Part shown: positions 42,331-57,226 of the stretch, piece after piece
Position numbering within the stretch: position 1 is the stretch's first letter
Layout: the number at the start of each line of letters is the position of its first letter
Notes under the pieces: model-generated
Database searches by the model: none
What the model saw: only the letters and a program-made list of their open reading frames with translations
Told to the model about the DNA's origin: nothing
Made by a program: the position numbers and the translations under genes
Assembly (NCBI GenBank): GCA_951406725.2
Contig: OX597820.1
Location: 14,012,001 to 14,076,000 of the forward strand
Direction of reading: 5' to 3'
DNA from: Octopus vulgaris
Taxonomy: Eukaryota
DNA: 64,000 nt

Positions 42331-42626
42331 ATGTTGTACGGCTGGCAAATGAGATTTCCCTAGTATATACGGTACAGTAAAAATTCGAAGACGAATGGAT
42401 TGTGCAATGATCAATGTTGTGAATTCGCCGTTTAATGCATTAAGAAAGAGAACACTGCACACTGATTAGGTGTGAAGATTAGATAAGAATCTTCTGGAAG
42501 GAAACTTTTTGTCTATTGTCCTCCTTTTCTTGAGATGATGACGGTGTGTTGGAAGGAAATAAAGGAGACACAGCAAAGATAATCTGCAGTCAAATAACAA
42601 TGGCAATAAGGATAATAATAATAATG

Positions 42627-42729
<103 letters not shown>

Positions 42730-42738
42730 TGGATGATG

Positions 42739-42865
<127 letters not shown>

Positions 42866-43052
42866 TGATGATAATAATAAGATAACAACAAGGCTGCTAC
42901 TGCTGCTACATCTACTACTACTACTACTGCTACTACTACTACTACCACTACTGTTAGTACCACAACCCCCATTACCACCACCTCCACTGCCACTGCTGCT
43001 GCTGCTACTACTACTAATACTACTATTACAACTCCCCATCCTTCTCCTCTGC

Positions 43053-43094
<42 letters not shown>

Positions 43095-44341
43095 ATGGTT
43101 TCAAATTTTGGCATAAGACCAGCAATTTCAAAGGAGCAGGTAAATCGATTACATCCAACCCCAGTATGTAACTGATACTTACTTTTATTGACCCCCCTCT
43201 CACCAAAGGATGAATGGCAAAGTTGACCTCGATGGGATTTGAACTCAGAACACAAAGATGGACAGAAGTGCCACTAAGCATTTTGGCTGGCATGCTAACA
43301 ATTTTGCCAATTTGATCTTGCCCCCCGACCCCACCCGATAATAATAAAAATAATAATAACAATCATTGTCATCATCACCATCAGGTGTGGTTGTGTGGTA
43401 AGAACCTTGCTTCCCAACCACATGGTTCCGGGTTCAGTCCCATTGTGTGACACCTTGGGCAAGTTTCTTCTACTTTAGCCTCAGACCAACCAAAGCCTTG
43501 TGAGTGGATTTGGTAGACGGAAACTGAAAGAAGAAGCCCGTTGTATCATCATCATCATCATCATCATCATTTAATATCCGTTGTCCATTCTAGCAGAGGT
43601 TGGATGGTTTGTCTGGGCCTGGTAAGTTTGATTTAGAATGGTTTTCTTCAGATGGATGCCCTTCCTAACACCAACCACTCTGTGAGTGCTTTTACATGCC
43701 ACTGGCATGGGTGCCATTTATGTGACACCAGTATCTGCCACAACTGCAATTTTGCTCGGCTTGATGAGTCTTCTTCTCAAACATGACATAATGCCAAAGG
43801 TCTCGGTAATTGTCTCCGTGAGGCCCAACGTTCCAAAGGTGGCCTTTATATGCCACTGGAATGGATGCCAGTTAGATGACACAGCATCAGCTGTGACCAC
43901 GATTTCACTTGGATTGATAGGTCTTCTCAAGCCGAAGGTCTTGGTCACTAGTCATTGCCTCTGTGAAGCTCAAAGTATATATGTATATATAAGAGAAAAA
44001 AAATCAATCAGAAAGGAACTTTATCTCACTCAAAATATCTTTTGATAAGCATAACAAATGCGCAACCGGTAAACTCTTACTTTTTTTATTCTACACTGAA
44101 ATCTGACATTGAACTTTTCCACGAAAAACTGTATATTACACGCTTTTACTAAATATCTTATTCTGAAACAGAACACTGTAAAAGACTCTTACTTTTTTCT
44201 TATACACTGAAATCATTCACAAAAAATGAACATTGTATTCTAACCCAATTTTTCTCTTTTTTTGTTTAAAAAAAGAACTTTCACCTAATTAAATACACTC
44301 TCCCTTACTTAAATTATTTTGTCAGCATTTTCTTCATTTCC

Positions 44342-44424
<83 letters not shown>

Positions 44425-44433
44425 TAAAAGAAT

Positions 44434-44970
44434 GGAGTTTAAAGTACCAGTAATGATAAGACTGTTGACTGGGAGAACACAAACACGGTTTAAATAGTAA
44501 GCTTGGCAGGAAAGAAATGTGCCTTTAAGCAGTACAAAAACAACGAAAAATGGAAGGTGCAATTATGTACAGGTTGACAGAAGACAAGAAAGAGAAAAAC
44601 GGCTTTATCAATCACATTCTCACCTGGAATCAATTTTTGTAATTTTTTCAAGACGCCCTGATACCATCAGTATCTACATATCAAATTTGAGTGCAATCGG
44701 ATGGAGGATGCCCGAGATCCAAGAAGACACACACACAGACAAACGGACAGAACGCATTTTATATCAGAGATATACATATGTGTATATATACATGTATATA
44801 TTTGTGTGTCTGTGTTTGTCCGTGACTTGACAACTGATGTTGGTGTATTTACATCTCTCCTGTAACTTAGCTGTTTGGCAGAGGAGAGCGATAGAATAAG
44901 ATTTTTGCTGCCCTGGTAACTATTTATTTATTTTTTCCATGTTAATTGGTAACAAGGTAAAAATACACTC

Positions 44971-45019
<49 letters not shown>

Positions 45020-46000
45020 AATGAAGTATAAGGAAAGGAAAAAATTGTAGGTGTAGATGATCTTTAATTCATAATCCAGGTTGGTACAGATCCAATATAA
45101 ATTTATATTGGATCTGTACCAACCTGGATTATGAATTAAAGATCATCTACACTTACAATTTTTCCGTTTCCTTATACTTCGTTTATTGTTTTTGCAAATA
45201 TTGAATATATATATTTTATATATATATTCTTTACTTAGACTGTAGTGGTGGACTTATATGTTTGACATCCCTTTGAAGGATTTCAGTCCTCACCTCTTTT
45301 TATATATATATGAGCAAAATGCCCCCCGTCCAATGGACGGTGCTGAGTTGTCAAACATTTAAACCAAATTTTCTCAAAACAACTTGCCCGGCCATCCCAT
45401 AGGCCTCCCCTTTGAGAAACACTGATTTAACTTAAATTTGAGACACCAGCAAAAGAAGAAATAAAGATAGACTTTTTTCTATTCCAAAGAAAAAGATTTT
45501 ATTCACACAAATATACAACCGAAGAGTTTAAAGTACCAGTAATGATAAGGCTGTTGACTGGGACAAAACACAAACATGGTTTAAACAGTAAGCTTGGCAG
45601 GAAAGAAACGTGCCTTTAAGCAGTACAAAAACAACAAAAAATGGAAGGTGCAGTTATGTACAGGTTGACGGAAGAAAAGTAGGAGAAAAACGGCTTTATT
45701 GATTGCATTCTCACCTGGAATCGATTTTTGCAAATTATTTCAAGACTTATACATTCCCTGATACCGTCAGTATCTACGCATCAAATTTGAGCGCAATCGG
45801 ATGGAGGATGCCCGAGATCCGAGAAGACACACACACAGACAAACAGACAGAACGGATTTTATATCAGAGATATACATATGTGTATATATACATGTATATA
45901 TTTGTGTGTCTGTGTTTGTCCGTGACTTGACAACCGATGTTGGTGTATTTACATCTCTCCTGTAACTTAGCGGTTTGGCAGAAGAGAGCGATAGAAAAAG
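44434..46000 (+). repeat. ~470-bp direct duplication (44434-44900 and 45525-46000)
   Basis: Both copies start gagtttaaagtaccagtaatgataag and run through a Helitron-like end into a SINE B tail. Confidence 0.9.
45023..45180. repeat. 158-bp spacerless palindrome
   Basis: 79-bp arms centred between 45101 and 45102; core 45051-45152 is perfect; about 3 mismatches in the outer part. Confidence 0.95.
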
Positions 46001-46218
46001 TACTAGGCTTAGAAAGAATAAGTCCTGGGGGTGATTTGTTTGACTAAAAGGCAGTGCTCCAGCATGGCCACAATTAAATGACTGAAACAGGTAAAAGAAT
46101 AAGAATAAAAAAGAATCATCATTGTCATCAAATGTCTGTTTTCCATGCTGGCATGGGTTGGAAGATGTGACAGGGGCAATCGAACCAGAGGATGGTTTTA
46201 CCTGATGCCACCACAACC

Positions 46219-46224
<6 letters not shown>

Positions 46225-46250
<26 letters not shown>

Positions 46251-46434
46251 CACTGCCACTGCTGCTGCTGCTGTTGCTATAGCTGCCACTGCTGCTGCTA
46301 CTACTACTACTACAACTACTACTACTACCACCACCACCACCACCACCGCTACTACCACTGCCTCCGACGACACCACCAGCACCACCACCACTACTACCAC
46401 TGCCATCATAGCCACCACCACTACCACCACCATC

Positions 46435-46466
<32 letters not shown>

Positions 46467-46653
46467 CACTGCCACTGCTGCTGCTGCTGTTGCTATTGCT
46501 GCCACTGCTGCTGCTACTACTACTACTACTACAACTACTACTACTACCACCACCACCACCACCACCGCTACTACCACTGCCTCCGACGACACCACCAGCA
46601 CCACCACCACTACTACCACTGCCATCATAGCCACCACCACTACCACCACCATC

Positions 46654-46665
<12 letters not shown>
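46225..46665. repeat. 219-bp tandem duplication of a trinucleotide mosaic
   Basis: Marker cctccgacgacacc at 46361 and 46580. Confidence 0.85.
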
Positions 46666-46714
<49 letters not shown>

Positions 46715-46962
46715 ATAATAATAATAATAATAATAATAATTATAAAAATAATGATAATCCTTTCTGCTATAGGCCTCAAACTTGGGAGAGGTGAACTGTC
46801 GATTACATTGACCCAGTGCATAACCGGTACTTAATTTATCGACCCCTGAAATGATGAAGGGCAAAGTTGACCTTGGCAGAATTTGAACTCAGAATATAAA
46901 GACAGATGAAATGCCGTTAAGCATTTAGCCTGACATGCTAACTATTCTGCCAACTCACCACC

Positions 46963-47026
<64 letters not shown>

Positions 47027-47031
47027 TGATG

Positions 47032-47080
<49 letters not shown>

Positions 47081-47142
47081 TGATGATGATGATGATGATA
47101 ATGATGATGATGATTATAATAATAATAATAATAATAACAATC

Positions 47143-47203
<61 letters not shown>

Positions 47204-47360
47204 TGATGATGATGATAATAATAATGATAATGATAATAATAACAACAACAACAACAACAATAATAATAATGATAATAATAATAATAATGATGATGATAAT
47301 AATAAGGATGATGATGATGATGATAATAATAATAATGATAATGATAATAATAATAATTAT

Positions 47361-47402
<42 letters not shown>

Positions 47403-47766
47403 CATACATATATATATACATATATAATGTATATATATCATCATCCTCATCATCATCGTTTAACGTCTGTTTTCCATGCTAGCATGGGTTGGACGCTTCA
47501 ACTGGGGTCTGGGAAGCCAGGAGGCTGCACCAGGCTCCAGTCTGATCTAGCAGTGTTTCTACAGTTGGATGCCCTTCCTAACACCAACCACTCCGTGAGT
47601 GTAGTGGATGCTTTTTACGTGCCACCAGCACAGGGGCCAGAGGATGCTGGCAAGGGCCACAATTGGTTGGTGCTTTTTACATGCCACTGGCATGGCATGG
47701 GTATAACAACTACAATTTCCATTTGATTTTTATTGTGATGTTGATGTACTTGACTCAATAGGTCTC

Positions 47767-47822
<56 letters not shown>

Positions 47823-47920
47823 ATCCAAACATGAAAACACAAAGAGAAAACACAACAACGTGAGGACATGGAACAAGAATAGTGTTATTGGACACTCAGG
47901 AAAGAAAGGAAAGAAAGAGG

Positions 47921-47955
47921 ATTTAACGTTTCGAGCGGAGCTCTTCGTCAGAAAT
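47921..47955 (-). ncRNA. Minimal type-I hammerhead ribozyme motif, second family
   Basis: Minus strand AUUU-CUGACGA-A-GAGC-UCC-GCUC-GAAA-CG-UU-AAAU; core, stem I and stem II intact; lies within repeat 47817-47985 in (TA)n. Confidence 0.72.
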
Positions 47956-47982
47956 ATAAGAAAAGGAAAGATCCAAGGAAGG

Positions 47983-48028
<46 letters not shown>

Positions 48029-48203
48029 ATAGGGTGAAATGAATTAATTTGGAATAATCATTAATTTCACCAAACAGATTTCAGCATGTAAAAGCCCCAT
48101 TCAAGGAAGGTTTAAGTAATACTAAGTAATTAAGGGTTTAGCAACGATTTGCCTCACCACACACCGAATTTAGAAATGGCAGTCAAAGAGTTATGGCTAT
48201 TCT

Positions 48204-48246
<43 letters not shown>

Positions 48247-48910
48247 GGGCTTCTTTCAGTTTCTGTCTTCCAAATCCACTGACAAGGCTTTGGTCATCCA
48301 GAAGTTATAGTAGAAGACACTTGCCTAAGATGCCATGCAATGAGATTGAACCCAGAACCATATGGTTGGGAAGCAAACTTCTTGCCACACATCCACACCC
48401 TAACCCTACTCACCCCACAGCCAAATTCTCTCATTACTGACCCAAATGTGATCTGAAAAGGCAATCTTCTCCTCTGCCAGCTTCATAGAAACTTCCACCA
48501 TTCATTACGAATGGTTTCGAATTAAATTTCTTCAACTCAGGCAACTTAACATTTAATGAAACTTCTTTCTTGGCTGCAGCGGAAAGTTGGCATGGTTACT
48601 AACGAGCAGATGGTGTATTGCTTTCAATTACTCAAAGGTCAGACCATTTCACACAATGACACACATATTGACTGAGCAGACTAGTAGAGCTTTCAATTTC
48701 TGCCACAGTCCCCACTTGTCTCAATATGTCACCCACTTAACAAGTCTTGATTCCATAGAGAAAGTCATGGACAGTTTTACTTACGTCAAACTCACTTTGA
48801 CATAATAACACAGTTTAGCAACCCACCAGACAGAACTGCAAGTGTTTTTGAGTTGAATGAACACCGACAAGCGAAGTTTATTGTTCATACTCTCAGTTCA
48901 AACCACAATC

Positions 48911-48942
<32 letters not shown>

Positions 48943-49137
48943 TGTTTAACGTCCGTTTTCCATGCTAGTATGGGTTTGACGGTTTGACCGGGGTCTGGGA
49001 AGCCAGGAGGCTGCACCAGGCTCCAATCTGATCTGGCAGTGTTTCTACAGCTGGATGCCCTTCCTAATGCCAATCACTCCATAAGTGTAGTGGGTGCTTT
49101 TTACGTGCCACCAGCACAGGTGCCAGAGCAGGCTGGC

Positions 49138-49202
<65 letters not shown>

Positions 49203-49954
49203 CAACAACAATAATAATAATAATAACAATCCTTTCTACTATAGGCACAAGGCCTGAAATTTTGGGGAGGGGGGTTCGTTGATTACATCAATCCCAACAA
49301 TAGACTGGTACTTGTTTTATTGACCCCAAAAAGGATGAATGGCAAAGTCAACGTCAGTGGCATTTGAAATATTCTTTTATTTGTTTCAGTTATTTGACTG
49401 TGGCCATGATGGAGCACCACCTTTGGTCAAACAAATCAACCCCAGGACTTATTATTATTATTATACATTACTGAAGACACAGGCATACATGTAGGTGCAT
49501 TGATAGGACATACGATGAAGCAGAACAGTAGTACATCGGAGTTTGTATCATATTTGATGGCCTAAAAATCACACTGGCCCACTAGTGCACCTGGGGGCAG
49601 TAGGAGCAGTCTGTCCCAGGTGGCACTTTTAAAGGGGTACCATTTTGGGGTCTGCTGCAGGCAACATGTGGTTTTTGTAGGGTCTGGGGACGGTAAATGA
49701 AAGGGTCACCTCTGGTGGCATACACTCTAGCTATACTAGTGCACTGGCCTATTAGATGTGCTCCAATTTCAGGAATGTATATTCAGGAGAAAAGTTTTTA
49801 ATGCATTTAAGTTTATGAGTGGCTCAACTTTGCATTTAGGACCCAGAGTGATTTTCTGGGAATTTTTTTTGAGGAAAACTCTGTGTATGCCATCAAATAC
49901 AGAATACTCAATTATGTACAGCCTCTCTTTAGGAACTTAGATTATCAAAGGCAT

Positions 49955-50014
<60 letters not shown>

Positions 50015-50125
50015 CATATCTATATCTATATCTATCTATATATATATATATAATAATAATAACAATAATAATAATAATAACAATCCTTTCTACTATAGGC
50101 ACAAGGCCTGAAATTTTGGGGAGGG

Positions 50126-50160
<35 letters not shown>

Positions 50161-50209
50161 ATATACACACACACACACATATATATATATAATGTATGTA
50201 CATATGTAG

Positions 50210-50535
50210 TGAAAGCACATGGTTCAGTGGTTAGAGTGTCAGGCTCACAATCACGAGGTAATGAGTTCGATTCCTGGACTGGGTTGTGTGTTGTGTTCCT
50301 GGACTGGGCTGTGTGTTGTGCTTTATTTCACACTACTCCAGTTCACTCAACTGTAGAAATGAGTTGTGACGTCACTGGTGCCAAGCTGTATCGGCCCCTT
50401 TGCCTTTTTCTTGGATAACATCTGTGGCATGGAGAGGGGAGGCTGGTATAAAACAACCTTGTCTGGTCTTGTGCCTCGGAGAGTAATTTTCTAAGTGCAG
50501 TCCTGTGGTCATTCATGACAGAAGGGGTCTTTTTA
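50210..50535 (+). mobile_element. tRNA-derived SINE (further family)
   Basis: tggttcagtggttagag (A box) and gagttcgattcc (B box); related head at about 20585. Confidence 0.7.
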
Positions 50536-51589
50536 CATATGTGCTGATAAGCCTGCTCACACTTCACAATCACACATAGACAGGTGTGGTTGTGTATGAA
50601 GTGTTCCTCACAAATGGACTCTGATGGGATTTTAACTTTGTGACACATTTTTGCCATGTTGGTAAAATGACCTTGTTTTCTTTTGGACACAATCAAGAAT
50701 CGGAACACTGACCTCCACAGCCAGAAAGCAGTGACACTCCTGCAACATGCAGCTCTTACAGCAGTAGCATAGCTAGAGGTTTGGTGGGGGTGGCCTTTTG
50801 GGTCTACTATATAAGCCTGCAGAGGGGTATGGGGTGGGGGCATAGGGGCGGGGATACCAACTCAAGGGCTGTTCCAAGTAGCACTTACTCTAGCTACACC
50901 ATTGTGTTACAGCTGACTTTCTTACGAGCTTTACAGTGTCACAGTATTTGTCACCACATGTTATTGCAACATAACTAGGAATTCTACACACACTGACATC
51001 AATAGAACAGGCATTGGGAACACATCAACAGCAGGTCAGTGCTTACATAGGTTAAAATTGAATGTATATAGGATGCACTTTATTTCCCCAAAATATGCCT
51101 CAAAAAAATCACTTTGGTCCTATATGCATATTTGGGCGTTCCATGAACTTGAATGCACTTAAAAAATTTAGCATGGAAAACAGACTTTAAATAATGATGA
51201 TGATGATGATGATGATGTGTGTATGTATGTATATATGTCTACAAAAATATCTATATAAATATACAAGTATACATGTGTGTGTGTGTGTGTGTTTATTTGT
51301 GTCAGTGTTTCCAGCTCTCTCAACACTGCTTGGCAACTGGCGTTGGGTAGTTAACATCCCTATAACTTAGCAGTTTGGCAAAAGAGACCAATAAAATAAA
51401 CTTACAGAAAAGCCCCCCAAAACCCCATAAGTACTGGAGTCTATTTGTTTAACTAATTCCTATAAGGCAGTGCCCCAGCATGGCCTCAACCCAATGACTG
51501 AAGCAAGTCAAAAGTAAAAGAAGACTCTAGCGAATAGCATTAACTCCCACATCTTTAGCATTTCATTAGATGAAGAATTTATTATTTTA

Positions 51590-51720
51590 TTATTATGGCC
51601 AGCTTCCAACCGAGGCTGCAGCAACAAGGTCTACCTGCTACACTTCTCGGTCCATTATCACTGCCTCGATGTCCTGGATACATTCCAGGTCAGTATCTGC
51701 AGTCAAATTATCGATGTATG
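51590..51720 (-). mobile_element. RTE-clade LINE extreme 3' end
   Basis: YIDNLTADTDLECIQDIEAVIMDREV* resembles the RTE YID.L..DTGL...M.DR..W terminus; short (TAA) tail. Confidence 0.6.
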
Positions 51721-52369
51721 TGTGATGATGCTTTCCTCTTCTATAATAATAAAAGCGAAATTCTGTCTGTCCGGCTGGGACCCCTGTATCTCAGTCTATA
51801 TTTGCTCTACATAGACATATTATACCTTTTTAGAATCAGGATGATCCCAAGATTGAAAGTCTGCCCTTCATTTGGTTCTTGAACATCCAGCATTGGGATC
51901 TGATTTGAAAGCATTTGGGTTGCTATTTCTAGCAGGTAAAGCTTACCTGATTCACGCCATCCTGGTTGGCATTTGTCAATGACAGCAGAGATCAGATCAA
52001 GGGGGAGATAAATGACATGCACTTCATTAATTTTACGTCAAGATAAGAACTTTGAGACAAATTAGCCAACAGTTAGAATTCAACTTGGGACTGGAGCCAT
52101 AGAATGATTGTGTTACAAAATTAATTCTCATCTGCCCTTAATCTCTGATCAAACACCACTGGGGTATATAGTCATTACAGACGTATTATAGTCATACTGT
52201 TTAGCTCTCTTCAGTTTTAGGCTGACGGCCCTATTAGCCCTCCACAGGAGCTAGCTTAAAAGTCCACACAGAGTGTGGCTTTTAAGCAAGTCTTACATAA
52301 AATGAAGTAGGTTCCACATAGTGATATAAAAAGAGAAAAAAATAATTTCTTAATAGTGCAATAGCATGC

Positions 52370-52620
52370 ATAGGAGTGGCTGTGTGGTAAGTAGCTTGCT
52401 TATGAACTACATGGTTCCAGGTTCAGTCCCACTGCATGGTACCTTGGGAAAGTGTCTTCTACTATAGCCTCAGGCCGATCAAAGCCTTGTGAGTGGATTT
52501 GGTAGACAGAAACTGATAGATGCCCATCGTATATATATATGGGGTCAATTTGCTCAACTAAAGGCGGTGCTCCAGCATGGCCACAGTCAAATGACATAAA
52601 CAAGCAAAAGAGTAAAAAAG
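52370..52620 (+). mobile_element. SINE family B, internally deleted
   Basis: Head gagtggctgtgtggtaag..ggttcagtccc joined via (TA)n to the 3' block. Confidence 0.8.
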
Positions 52621-53639
52621 AGAGACCATAACAATACTTTAAAGGAGAATGGATTCCACAAAGAAAGGCAATATATATCATCCTGAACCATGTTGCAAAA
52701 CAACAAAAAGAAAAAAAATGTGTAAAAGCAACATCATTTTGTTTCACACTGCCTGTAACATGGTTGTGGCATCCAACATGCTATATCATGTACAGAGGTA
52801 CTTCCAAATTAGTCACAGAAAACAAAATATTTAACAGGAACACTCAGAAAGTTAGCTACAGCTGTACTAGTAACTTCAGCAAATTTATCTCAGGTATGAA
52901 CATAAAAGCCATAACAGCCTTCTGCAATTCAACCAATCCCAATGTGATTGTACAAATATTAACTCATTCCCACATAATGGCAAATATCATGGCAATAAGC
53001 TGGTATATTGTGTTCAAGAGAAATAGGCAGACCAACATAAACATTTACTAGGTTTAACAGGATGTACATTTAAGATAAGATAGAAACATCATATGTAAAC
53101 TTTTAGATATTCAGAGAAAAGAAACACTACCTCTCTTTCACAGTAAATATGGTGACTAAACTACAAACTTTGAATTTTCCAAACTATATCCTGAAAGGAT
53201 CTGGATGATACTTTATATGTACCCATGAAAAGTTCTTCCTGTTGGCTGAATTCAGGCAATGAGTAAATTTTGAAATATCACCAAACAAGCTTATCTAAGG
53301 TGCCATGCAGTGGAACTGAACCCAAAACCATTGTGAGAGCAAATCAAGATTGTTAACCACACATTCATGGCTTCAACTGTAAAGTTGGTGTGAATTGCCT
53401 GTTGGAGTTTCTTTTTCTTGTCTCTGGTGCATCGTACTTTATGCACTTTGAATCTTATATATACATGTAGATACATAAGTACATAAGTGTGTTTGAGGTG
53501 GTGGTGGTGGTGGTGGTGGTGGTTTCGGTGTGTAAATACAAATTGATCAGGTGGTGTTTGGTCATCAGCTGACTGAGCAGACAACTTAGACATGGTCTGT
53601 TGGTTAAAAGTGTGGGGGAGAGCAGGGAGTGGAGGAGGG

Positions 53640-53972
53640 GGATCAGAGGAGTTGAAACAAGAGCAAAGGGGAACATAAGGATAGGGTATTGAAAGGAGAG
53701 GAAGGAGAAGGAGGAGGAGGAGAAGAGGGAGAAGAAGGGGAGAAGAAGAGGGAAGAGAAGAAGGAGGAGGGAGAAGGGGAGAAGAAGAGGGTTGAGAAGA
53801 AAGAGGAGGGGAGGAGGAGAATAAGGGTAGAAGAAGAGAGAAGAGAAGGAGGATGAGAAAGAGGAGGAGGAGAAGAGGAGAGGAAGGGAGAAGAAGGGAG
53901 AAGAAAGAAGACAAGGTGAGAAGGGGAGGAGGAAGAGGAGGAGGAGAAGTAGGAAGAGGAGAAGGGGAGGAG

Positions 53973-54004
<32 letters not shown>

Positions 54005-54310
54005 GAAGAAGAAGACGAAGAAGAAGAAAGAAGAGGGGAGGAAAAGAAGAAGAGCAACAACAACTGCAGTATATCAGCAACAACAACAACAACAACAACA
54101 AAAACAACAAAACAAAAACAACAACAATAGCAGCAGTGGCAGCCAAAGGGAAATGCAGACCAAACAGGGCTGAAAGAAAAGAAAGAGGGAGGTTTACAAA
54201 AGGAAATTGGAGAAGAAGAAGGAAAAAGAAGAAGAAGAAGGAAAAAGAAGAAGAAGAAGGAAAAAGAAAAAAGACCAAAGGAAGAGACAAAGAGGAAGAA
54301 AAGAGAAACT
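53640..54310. repeat. Polypurine (GAA/GGA) low-complexity tract
   Basis: Seen directly. Confidence 0.9.
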
Positions 54311-54639
54311 TATTGAAGACTGCAGCCATTGGCAAAAGAAAGAACCAAAGGGTTCCTTCATCCTTAGTTCCATGGAGGAACCGAGGAACCGGCAGCTTTG
54401 TAAGTAAAAGTCAATTGTGTTTATTGGAGTGTGAAGAATTTTAATGTGGATGTGTGGTTTTATGGCTGGTTTTCTTGGCAGAAGTTGAATATAAAAGTTG
54501 AAAATAGTATCAGTGGTAGAGTTTGATTAATTGGTTATTGTGAAAAAAAGAAGGAATGTGGTGGTCATGGTGGGAGGGAGGGAGGAGGGGCTGGAGCATA
54601 CGGCTTGTTGCTTACGACTGGGAGAATGGTGCATTGCAA

Positions 54640-54725
54640 CACATATGTACACCCATACATAATACACACATATATACATACATATATACATACATCTATA
54701 TATATATACATACATACATATATAG

Positions 54726-54758
<33 letters not shown>

Positions 54759-55501
54759 CATACATACATATACATACATATATACATACATATATATATA
54801 TATATATACATACACACATACATATATATATATAAATATATATATAATATATATATACATACGCACACATATAATATATATATGCACTCATACATATATA
54901 TATGTATATACATACACACACATCTAACATATATATACATACATACATACATACATATATCTTATATATATATATATGAATATATGGATATATATATACA
55001 CATACATACACACACACACGCACACGTATATATGGTAAAACACATGCACATATATAAGCACACACGTTTGTGCATTTGCATTTTCATACATATATATACA
55101 TATATATATATATATACAGATACACACATGTATGTATGGATCTATGTATGTGTGCATGTATGCATGGAAATACGAATGCACATACAAACATGTGTGTGCA
55201 TATGTGTGTGTGTCTGTGTGTGTATGTGCTTTCTTTCTCTTTCCCACATATATACATGCATGCACTCTGGTGCATGCATGCACTCAGACACCGATCTAAC
55301 CATAAACATTTATTCACATTTGCAAAGAGATGTATAAATATAAACATCAGATTGTAAGTACATACATGCTTACATGCATACATAAACATCACACATATAT
55401 ACGTGTACATGTAATACATACACATACACACATATATATATCATATATACATACACATGTGTGTGTGACTTTGGTCAAGGGGGAAAAATATATGTACATA
55501 C

Positions 55502-55559
<58 letters not shown>

Positions 55560-55586
55560 TCATCATCATCATCATCATCATTTATG

Positions 55587-55625
<39 letters not shown>

Positions 55626-55693
55626 CATGTGTATATATATATATATATATACATACATTTATATCTATGAATATACATATATATATGTGTATA

Positions 55694-55754
<61 letters not shown>

Positions 55755-56564
55755 GTATATATACATGTATATATATGTATATGTCCTTATATACATACGC
55801 ATCTATATACACATGTATACATACATATATCTATATACATGCACATAAACATATATATACACTCACATATATACATACATACATACATACATATATATGT
55901 TGGAATACATACACATGCAAAGTTAGAAATGTATTCACAACACACACGTGTCTACGCACCTACACACATCCACCACGTATACACCCTCATGCGCTCTCAT
56001 ATGAAAAATGTGTATGCATGCTCGGTTGCGAAAGGCCATAAAACAATATTTCGCTGCAAGATAAAAAGAAACTGATGCATCATTCATGAGGTCCACTTAG
56101 CCGATCAAAGGTTGCATAAATGCACCAGTCCAGGCACTTTACCATGAAAATCCTTCTTGTTCGCTTGTAATTGTTGTCATAAATTATGGACATACAAACC
56201 TATTTAGTTCATAAGTATTTATGGTCGGAGCTGATAGGAAGATGAGTGCGGGAGTGCATGTGTGTGTGTGAGTGTGTGTGCGTGTGTGTGTATGTGTGTG
56301 TGTGTGTGTGTGTGTCAGAGAGAGAGAGAGAGAGAGGGCGAGAGAGAGGGCGAGAGAGAAGGATGTGTTGGTGTTTATGTGTGTGGTGTGGATTTCGGGG
56401 CACTCCTGTGGAGTAATGCTACCATGACCATGATCAGAATGCTGTATGGATTGTATTTATACATGTGTATGTGTATGTATTTATATATATATATATACAC
56501 ACACACATATGTATATATGTATATATATATATATATATACATACATACATACATATATATATGC

Positions 56565-56607
<43 letters not shown>

Positions 56608-56615
56608 TGCATATA

Positions 56616-56661
<46 letters not shown>

Positions 56662-56840
56662 TGCATATACATATATATATATACACACACATGTATACAT
56701 ATGTATATGTATGTATATTTGTATATATACACATATATACATACATATATGTATATGTATGTATATATGTATGTACATATATATGTGTGTGTGTGTGTGT
56801 GAATATGTGTATATATATGTATATACATATACATATATAT
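54640..56840. repeat. (TA)/(CA)/(TG) compound microsatellite region
   Basis: Seen directly, with short unique islands. Confidence 0.9.
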
Positions 56841-57226
56841 TCTTTATTCTTTTATTTGTGTCAATCATTTCACTATGGCCATGCTGGAGCACTGCCTTTA
56901 GTTGAGCAAATCAACCCCAGGACTTATTCTTTGTAAGCTTGGTACTTATTCTATCAGTCTCTTTTGCCGAATCATTAATTTATGGGAACGTAAACACACC
57001 AACATCGGTTGTCAAGTGATGGTGTGGAAAGCACAGACACACACAAATATATATATATATATATATATATGACAGGCTTCTTTTAGTTTCCATCTACCAA
57101 TTCCACTCACAAGGCATTGGTTGGCCCGAGGTTGTAGTAGAAGACACTTGCCCAAGGTGCCACATAGTGGAACTGAACCTGGAGCCATGTGGTTATTAAG
57201 CAAGCTCCTAATCACACAGCCATGCC
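56840..57226 (-). mobile_element. SINE family B, near full length
   Basis: Head ggcatggctgtgtg..ggttcagttcc on the minus strand, internal (TA)n, 3' block. Confidence 0.85.
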
